From contig JAJYNW010000026.1 of the NCBI GenBank assembly GCA_021786105.1, positions 1 through 64,000 on the forward strand: a stretch of DNA of 64,000 bases, given 5' to 3'. This document shows positions 57,990 to 64,000 of the stretch, in pieces. The first letter of the stretch is position 1; each line of letters opens with the position of its first letter. The notes under the pieces are model-generated. The model searched no databases. It was not told the origin of the DNA and worked only from the letters and a program-made list of their open reading frames with translations. The translations under genes were made by a program, and so were the position numbers. This stretch comes from a bacterium (GTDB taxonomy: Bacteria > Patescibacteriota > Microgenomatia > Daviesbacterales > UBA10151).

Positions 57990-59960
57990 TACGCTTCCAA
58001 ACCTAATCGCAACTCCCAAGCGATGTACTACTAACGAAAGTTTGTCTGCGACACCATCGCTCGTGCCTCGCCTTATCGCTCGCCCTGCTTCGCAGGTCTC
58101 GCTTTGGCTTCGGCACTCGCTACCTTATGGGAAACTCCAACCTTTGTACTTTTCCCAAACCTTGGGTCGCTATCGCGCAACCCAAACCGCCAACCTTAAA
58201 CCCAATTGCGATTCGAAACTCCATCGCCCCCGACAATGCGCGCCGCCCGCCTACGGCGAACATATTTATAAGAAAAACTTGTAAGGAAAGGCGGCGCTAG
58301 GCGGGGGCTTGGGATTACCAAACATAACTCGCACCATTGCCTCTCTCGCCAAGCAAAGCTTGGCTCGTTCGGCTCCACAACTGCCCTTTGCTCGCAGTGC
58401 CTGGCCTCGCTTCGGGCAGCAGAAAAGGGTCGCTCGGTTCCCCCCGCCGCTTCTTCCCCCTAAAACCCCCTTCTTAGGCAACCCCCCTTAATCAAATGTA
58501 TTGCCATATTAGGGGGAAGAACGCTCTTGGGGGGATTCTCGCTTAAAAAAGCAGGCAATAATCTATAGTTGCTTTTTTTACCCTTTCTCTGACGCTACGC
58601 AGCGGGAACCCTGTACATCCCGCTGCTTCGCTTATTCGGCGACTCGTCGGAGCCTCAATTTCTCCAACTCGTCGCCTCCAATTCCCATCGTTTACTGTTC
58701 ATGTTGCTCTTGCAGGCGCGCTCGCTCCATCTCTTGCGGTCTTCGCTCGCTTGCCGTACCTGCTTTTTTATCCCTTTCTGAACGCCGCTTTTTAAAAAGA
58801 GTTATCTTTTTGTATAAATCAAAACTTCTCCCGAAGTTTTTCAAGCGGTATTAAGCGGCGTTGAAGTGGAATCCGCCAATAGCGGATATGGTGCGAGTAA
58901 AACCTATCATCGCCATATTCGGCGGCTGTGACCCCCGCTTATCGCTCACTCGCTTTTATTATATTTTTTAAGGTGCTCGTTCGCTGGGCGAGAGGGCGCC
59001 CTAGGGGGCGCCTCGCCCATGTCATTGCTTTCTAATAACGCTGTACAGTCTCTACCTCGCCGCCCGAAGTAGCGTTTTCTGAACCCAATCTCATCGGCGG
59101 GACGGCTACCTTTTAGGGTGGTTTAGTATCGCCTGCCTACGCGGGGGTGTGCCTTTTCCCCTCTCCTCCGCGTCGCTTCGCTCCTTGTCGGTGTCCCCCC
59201 TTCTGCGCAGGGGCGCTCCCTCTGGTCGCTTACCTGCTTGCGGGGGGAGCCCCCCTCGCCGTCGTATGGCTTGTGGAAACTCAACCGCTGTACCCGTGCG
59301 CCGAACCGCAATCTAAGCCTGTGGGCGCTCGCGCTTATCTTTTAATACTAAGGTCAACTTCGCGCTCGCTTGGGTTATCGGGGGCGCGGCGCCAAACCTC
59401 ATATAAGTCGTGAAGTTTTGTGTTGGCGCGCCCCCTCTTTTTGGCTCGTGCGCTTCGCTCGGGGGGCAGGCAACAGCCGCCGAAAAGAAAAACAAAAGCG
59501 TCTGTTTTTCCCTGCTTTCGAGCTAGCGCTTAGCTTTCGTTAGGTTTTCAAAGTGCTTGTTCCCATTGGCTTCCGATGTTGCGCGGGACAAACTTTTGTC
59601 TGTTATCAAGGGCATACTGCCCGCGCTGAAAATTCTTATCGTCGCCGATTATAAAAATACTAATCATAAATAATCATCAAATAAATCAATCATTTCTATT
59701 TTTTATTTAACCTAACATTTGGTTTAACGTTAAGTTTTTTTATTTTCTATCCCGGAGGGTAGATTTTTTGCAAACGGTCCCCCTAACCCCATTAACGCCG
59801 AAATGAGGCTAGGAGACCATCTGCGAGGAAAGTTTTATCTTTCCTATCCCGTCTGGGCTAGTTCCTCGCTGAACGGCTGGTGAGACTTAAAGAGTTTTTT
59901 TAGGACCCCCGGAGGGAATTGCACCACTCTCTTTTGGTCGCTCCCACCATGCAAACCCCA
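57990..59960 (-). other. About 2-kb non-coding structured region (ssDNA origin/packaging region or large ncRNA)
   Basis: GC-rich, no credible ORF, many inverted repeats, strong GCGA bias on the minus strand. Confidence 0.7.
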
Positions 59961-59979
59961 AGCGACCTGCCAGAAGTGT

Positions 59980-60357
59980 CTATGTTTTCTTCTTGGCGCT
60001 CTTATCAATTTCTTCCATGTCCTCGTCTGAAATTTCAGGATTACCTTTATTCCATACCGGATTATCGCCGTCTATTTTTTGCACTTCATAGTGGACACTT
60101 TCGCCCTGCTTAACTTTAGTAATTTTGATGACTTCTCCCTCTTTTATTTCAGAAAAAAATAAAGCGATCCGAGATGCAGAGGATGTAAATAGTTTTTTCT
60201 CTCCGTCAACTTCGATAGAGTAGCGGGGATTTTCTTTGGTTGGGTCCCGAAAACTTGGCACCATTTTATAACCGCAATAGATACCCACCGCGGATTCTCC
60301 GGGCTTTAACATTAAATAAGGACTATTCGCTTTGGCGTATTCTTCAAGCTCTCCCAT
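59980..60357 (-). CDS. Putative OB-fold ssDNA-binding protein
   Basis: 125 aa, beta-rich with aromatic residues, acidic tail 'EISDEDMEEID'; function is inference. Confidence 0.45.
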   Translation of the reverse strand: MGELEEYAKANSPYLMLKPGESAVGIYCGYKMVPSFRDPTKENPRYSIEVDGEKKLFTSSASRIALFFSEIKEGEVIKITKVKQGESVHYEVQKIDGDNPVWNKGNPEISDEDMEEIDKSAKKKT

Positions 60358-60412
60358 AGTTTTATTAATTTTGGTGCCCGCCAGCTCCTGCCCTGAACCA
60401 GCGGGCATATCC

Positions 60413-61024
60413 TTACGGAATAACCAGAGTCTGATCCGGGTAAATTAAATCCGGATTTTGAATCTGGTCTTTGTTAGCGTTAAAAATGTCCTGCCAGCGA
60501 TTACCATTTCCGTAAAACTTCTCGCTTATTTTCCAGAGAGAGTCTCCTGGTTGCACTCGGTAGTGGTGAACAAGTTTGGCTTCATCAATGGCACTTCCTG
60601 TTGGTTCTTTGAGATATTTCATCGGGTCTGTCCAACCGCGCATACCCTCCGGTGTATCACCTTGAACTTTCATCCCGAAGTGAAGATGGGGACCGGTCAC
60701 AAATCCAGTGGCTCCACTTTCTCCGATCTGTTGACCTTTCGTAACATGATCTCCGATCTTCACAATAATTTTTGAAAGATGCCAATACAAAGATTGACCC
60801 CAAGAGTGTTTGATAATTACTCCCATTCCGTCTGAATCTGCTACATCATCATCGAAAATAATTTCTCCATCATCTACTGCAAAAACTGGTGTACCTACAG
60901 AGGCTTTAAGATCAATTCCGTTATGCGGATAGCCAAACTGTTTCAAATACCAGTCAGTAGCCGCGCCGAATGGCCAAGTAATAATCAATTCTCCTTCTAG
61001 TGGCTTTCCTATTTTTATTTCCAT
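60413..61024 (-). CDS. M23 peptidase plus LysM (peptidoglycan hydrolase)
   Basis: 'HNGID', 'YWHL', 'TGPHLHF'; LysM 'YRVQPGDSLWKIS..YG'. Confidence 0.93.
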   Translation of the reverse strand: MEIKIGKPLEGELIITWPFGAATDWYLKQFGYPHNGIDLKASVGTPVFAVDDGEIIFDDDVADSDGMGVIIKHSWGQSLYWHLSKIIVKIGDHVTKGQQIGESGATGFVTGPHLHFGMKVQGDTPEGMRGWTDPMKYLKEPTGSAIDEAKLVHHYRVQPGDSLWKISEKFYGNGNRWQDIFNANKDQIQNPDLIYPDQTLVIP

Positions 61025-61025
61025 A

Positions 61026-61160
61026 CTATCCTTGCCATTTATCGCCGTAAAAGTGCTGCATTACTGCACAGGCCAATAAATAAACGACTTCCTGAATATC
61101 CCGCAGTTCCTCTTCTGACGAATTCGGATAAAACTTTTTAATCGCTTCTATCGGCAACAT
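61026..61160 (-). CDS. 44-aa hypothetical protein (not in ORF track)
   Basis: MLPIEAIKKFYPNSSEEELRDIQEVVYLLACAVMQHFYGDKWQG; fills the operon gap. Confidence 0.55.
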   Translation of the reverse strand: MLPIEAIKKFYPNSSEEELRDIQEVVYLLACAVMQHFYGDKWQG

Positions 61161-61163
61161 AGC

Positions 61164-61412
61164 TTATTTGCCTTTCTCTGCTGCACTGATGTACCAGTCT
61201 TGAGCAGATATACCCAAAGCCTCACCGACTTTTTTAACATTTGATGGACGAGTGGGTTTTCCTTGTAGTAATCTGTTGACTGTTTGTGGTGCAACTTCTG
61301 CTTCTAGTGCCAACCCCATTCTGGAAAGACCTTTTTGAAGACGCGCCTTGTCAAAAAGGCTGAAGTTTATTTTAAGCTCGTTATTGTTTAACTTATTTAC
61401 ATTATCATTCAT
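61164..61412 (-). CDS. Cro-like HTH regulator
   Basis: 'RLQKGLSRMGLALEAEVAPQTVNRL..G..KKVGEALG'; divergent from the repressor. Confidence 0.85.
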   Translation of the reverse strand: MNDNVNKLNNNELKINFSLFDKARLQKGLSRMGLALEAEVAPQTVNRLLQGKPTRPSNVKKVGEALGISAQDWYISAAEKGK

Positions 61413-61542
61413 AAATGTTAGGAAGATTTAACAGAATAGAAACAGTTTATAAATTTATTCACTTTCAGTCAATAAACTTTCTTTTAATTATTGTTGACAA
61501 TTTTTAACTAATTTGCTACGGTATTATAAGAAGGTTATTTTT

Positions 61543-62004
61543 ATGAGCAAGAAGATAAAAGAAATGAAAAAATCTCCACTAAGAAGTCCAGAAGAATTTA
61601 GAGATTTGGCAGACTACCTTTACTATTTGCGAACACACCGAAAGTTAAGTATGCGGGATGTCGAGCTTGCGGCTAAAGAGCTTCTCCGAAGAAAAATTAT
61701 AAAAAAAGAAGGTCTTATTTCCTATGCGTATATCTCCAATATAGAAAGCCGCAGGGTAAGCAATCCCTCTCCGATTATTTTAAGAACCCTAGCTCTTATC
61801 TTTGGTGTAGATCAAGAAATGATGTTTGAAAAAGCTGGTTACCTTGATAAAAAAAGACCTAAAATAGAAGATGACGTGGCTTTTACTTTAATGTTAAAAG
61901 AAGTTCCCAGAATGACAGATGATGAGAAACAATCGCTTTTAGACTATATAGATTTTGTTAAGTCTAGGCGGAGAAAATATGAGAAAGGCCCTAAAAAGGG
62001 CTAG
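61543..62004 (+). CDS. XRE-family repressor (CI/ImmR-like)
   Basis: 'LR..RKLSMRDV..ISYAYISNIE..NPS..IL..LA..AGY'. Confidence 0.88.
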   Translation: MSKKIKEMKKSPLRSPEEFRDLADYLYYLRTHRKLSMRDVELAAKELLRRKIIKKEGLISYAYISNIESRRVSNPSPIILRTLALIFGVDQEMMFEKAGYLDKKRPKIEDDVAFTLMLKEVPRMTDDEKQSLLDYIDFVKSRRRKYEKGPKKG

Positions 62005-62422
62005 GGAAATTTTACAGCAATGTAATCTATCCTCTGCCCCAATAAATTTAGATAAAATTATAGAGCGTGAAGGCATAAACCTTGATGACTGGCGTTTTGC
62101 CGGAAGAATCAAAGAGGCTTACCTTGGCGATAGCATTGGCATAAAAAATTCAGTTAATCCAAAGAGGAGGCGCGAGTTAATAGCTCATGCACTAGGACAT
62201 CATTTTCTTCATACGGGAAACCATTTATATTTTGAAGAACACGACCAGTTTGTTACTTTCAAACAAGAATACGAAGCTCAATGCTTCGCGGCAGAACTTC
62301 TTATACCTACCTTAATACTCAAGCCGCTAAAAACTTGGCCAGTCCACGAATTAGCCGAGCATTTTTCCGTAACCGAAGAATTAGTAAAATTTCGCTTAAA
62401 AGTTTTAGAGGGGGAATCATAA
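61979..62422 (+). CDS. ImmA/IrrE-family metallopeptidase (HExxH reads HAxxH)
   Basis: 'IAHALGH..LH', 'EYEAQCFAAELLIP', 'LAEHFSVT'. Confidence 0.85.
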   Translation: MRKALKRAREILQQCNLSSAPINLDKIIEREGINLDDWRFAGRIKEAYLGDSIGIKNSVNPKRRRELIAHALGHHFLHTGNHLYFEEHDQFVTFKQEYEAQCFAAELLIPTLILKPLKTWPVHELAEHFSVTEELVKFRLKVLEGES

Positions 62423-63051
62423 TGGCTATCGCAATGCTTATTTTTATGGATGAATCCGGTGACACTGGATTTAAGTTTGGTAAAACTTCCAGTAAGTTTT
62501 TCGTTTTAGTTATCGTGATTTTTGATAGTTTGAGTGTTGCCGAAGAAGCAAACGAAGCCGTAAAGAAAGTCAGAAAAGAGTTAAAACTGCCAGAGAATTT
62601 TGAGTTTAAGTTTAGCACCGGTACATCAGATAAGGTGAAACGTGCTTTCTTACAAAAATTATCTAAATACAATTTTCGTTATAGAACAGTGATTGTTGAT
62701 AAAACCATCCTTGCCAAGCGTGAACCTTTACACCCCAAAGACAGTTTATACATGCTGGTTGCAGATCATCTCTTTTTAAGAGCGGAGGAGCGAATGAAAA
62801 ACGCTTCTATTTTTATAGATCGTATTTCTAAATCCTTTGTGGATGATTTTGATGGTTATTTAAGAAAACGACTAAACACTAATATTGAAAAGATTATCGG
62901 GAGAGTAAAACATCAGGACTCAAGAAGTAATAATTTACTCCAACTTGCCGATATGGTTTGCGGGGCAATTTATCGAAAATACAATCGTAGTGATGATAAG
63001 TTCTACAAGATTATCAAAAAAAGAGAGGAAGATTTATGGAAACCTTATTGA
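62422..63051 (+). CDS. DUF3800 domain protein
   Basis: 'FMDESGDTG' and 'LQLADMVCG'. Confidence 0.88.
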   Translation: MAIAMLIFMDESGDTGFKFGKTSSKFFVLVIVIFDSLSVAEEANEAVKKVRKELKLPENFEFKFSTGTSDKVKRAFLQKLSKYNFRYRTVIVDKTILAKREPLHPKDSLYMLVADHLFLRAEERMKNASIFIDRISKSFVDDFDGYLRKRLNTNIEKIIGRVKHQDSRSNNLLQLADMVCGAIYRKYNRSDDKFYKIIKKREEDLWKPY

Positions 63052-63055
63052 GTAG

Positions 63056-63152
63056 GAAAAAGTCGATCTCTGTGGCCAAGACGGATCACTTTTTATGGTG
63101 CCGACATTCGCTCCCTAACAGTAAGGTACTTTCACCACTGAGATCATTCGGT
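63056..63152 (-). ncRNA. Candidate DUF3800-associated structured RNA
   Basis: Promoter TTGATT-17-TATATT (63187-63159); closing stem GATCTC-a-GTGG/CCAC-a-GAGATC then U-tract. Confidence 0.55.
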
Positions 63153-63196
63153 AACTGTAATATAGCAAATATTGGGTCAAAAATCAAGGGGAAATT

Positions 63197-64000
63197 ATGA
63201 GAGCTTTAATCTATGTTAGGGTTTCAACAGACGAACAGGCCGATAAAGGCTTATCGTTACCTGCCCAGCAGGAAGCCTGTTTAGAATACATAAAAATTAA
63301 GCATTGGACTATTGACCCTAAAAAAGACATCTTTGTTGACGCCGGAGAATCAGCACGAACCGCTAATCGCCCAGCCCTCCAAGAAATGCTATCCCGCTGT
63401 AAGAAAGATAAAGAAGTCAATGTAGTTTTGGTCCATAAACTCGACAGGTTAGCCCGCAATGTAGCCGACCACGCGGCTATAAGGGGAATCCTGCGAAAAT
63501 ATGATATACAGCTTTGTTCTGTTGTTGAGCCTGTTGATGACAGCCCCACGGGAGCGCTTCTTGAAAATATTATGGCTTCCGTTGCAGAGTTCTATTCTGC
63601 TAATCTAGGACAGGAGGTAAAAAAAGGAATGAAGCAGGTACTTAAACAGGGGAGGTATCCGGGACGTGCGCCTGTCGGTTATCTTAATAAGGATATATTT
63701 GAGTCGGACGGCACTGTTACCAAAACAATAATTATGGATGCGATCAAAGCCCCTGCAATCCAGCAGGCTTTCAGAGTATTTGCCACTAACCAATGGACTC
63801 AAGAACAGTTATGCGATGAGCTTAATAAAAACGGCTTTAAGACGTTTTTTAATAATGGAGTAAGACCATGGAAATTGCACGGTATCCTCACAAACAAATT
63901 TTATATGGGTATTGTTGTGTGGGGCGGAGAAGAAGTGCAGGGAACCCATGAACCCTTGGTGTCTCCCGAACTATTTTACCGAGTGCAAGACGTCTTGAGA
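63197..64000 (+). CDS. Large serine recombinase (integrase), truncated by window end
   Basis: MRALIYVRVSTDEQ..GESA..RPAL..KLDRLAR..AEFYS..GR.PG..PVGY. Confidence 0.95.
   Translation, partial: MRALIYVRVSTDEQADKGLSLPAQQEACLEYIKIKHWTIDPKKDIFVDAGESARTANRPALQEMLSRCKKDKEVNVVLVHKLDRLARNVADHAAIRGILRKYDIQLCSVVEPVDDSPTGALLENIMASVAEFYSANLGQEVKKGMKQVLKQGRYPGRAPVGYLNKDIFESDGTVTKTIIMDAIKAPAIQQAFRVFATNQWTQEQLCDELNKNGFKTFFNNGVRPWKLHGILTNKFYMGIVVWGGEEVQGTHEPLVSPELFYRVQDVLR

Larger units (their letters stand above)
34474..64000. mobile_element. Integrated temperate virus-like element with serine recombinase (continues past window end)
   Basis: tRNA-like 3' fragment at left; excisionase-like HTH; repressor/ImmA/Cro-like switch and large serine recombinase at right; lysis-like and structural-like genes. 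Confidence 0.8.

Noticed and set aside
58042-59495. Short ORFs in the GC-rich region
   Set aside because: They are mutually overlapping Pro/Arg/Ala-rich frames unlike host codon usage and have no RBS, as expected by chance in GC-rich structured DNA.
57990-59960. Group I/II intron, rRNA fragment or DGR template repeat
   Set aside because: I found no domain V or P7 core, no interrupted gene, no rRNA signature, no reverse transcriptase and no matching variable repeat.
63211-63802. Minus-strand ORFs of 112 and 65 aa
   Set aside because: They are antisense shadows of the serine recombinase, which the ORF track misses because it runs off the window.
34474-64000. Ordinary tailed prophage, inovirus or ICE
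   Set aside because: No terminase, portal, HK97 capsid or tape measure; no Zot/pI Walker-motif ATPase; no relaxase, coupling protein or VirB4 recognised. A remote homolog could have been missed by eye.

Overview
The window is AT-rich bacterial DNA with two parts. Short leaderless genes, KGF-type pilin-like N-termini and a RAYT suggest Patescibacteria/CPR (inference). Part 1 (1-34.4 kb) is ordinary chromosome: tRNA-Pro, -Leu and -Gln, membrane glycosyltransferases, an S41 protease, a two-component system with MacAB-type ABC exporter, Fur/ZIP/CDF metal genes, stress proteins, a Fic gene between 30-bp direct repeats and a RAYT transposase. Part 2 (about 34,474 to beyond 64,000) is an integrated, apparently temperate element. 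It is bounded on the left by a tRNA-like 3' fragment (..CCA) and on the right by a large serine recombinase, DUF3800, an ImmA/repressor pair and a Cro-like gene. I recognise no terminase, portal, HK97 capsid, Zot/pI ATPase, relaxase, T4SS or Rep in it. Its core has three paralogs of a small basic domain (one stand-alone, two fused to larger proteins), adhesin-like proteins, a glycosyltransferase and methyltransferase, an M23-LysM hydrolase, a holin-like protein, a PLD nuclease and an SSB-like protein. It also has a ~2 kb non-coding, strand-asymmetric, hairpin-dense region and two candidate small RNAs. About 14 kb of metal/redox cargo is inserted between core genes, with sequence evidence that cargo blocks were stacked. 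My best hypothesis is an undescribed, possibly filamentous or nucleoprotein-type virus-like element. All protein calls come from motif recognition by eye, with no database searches.
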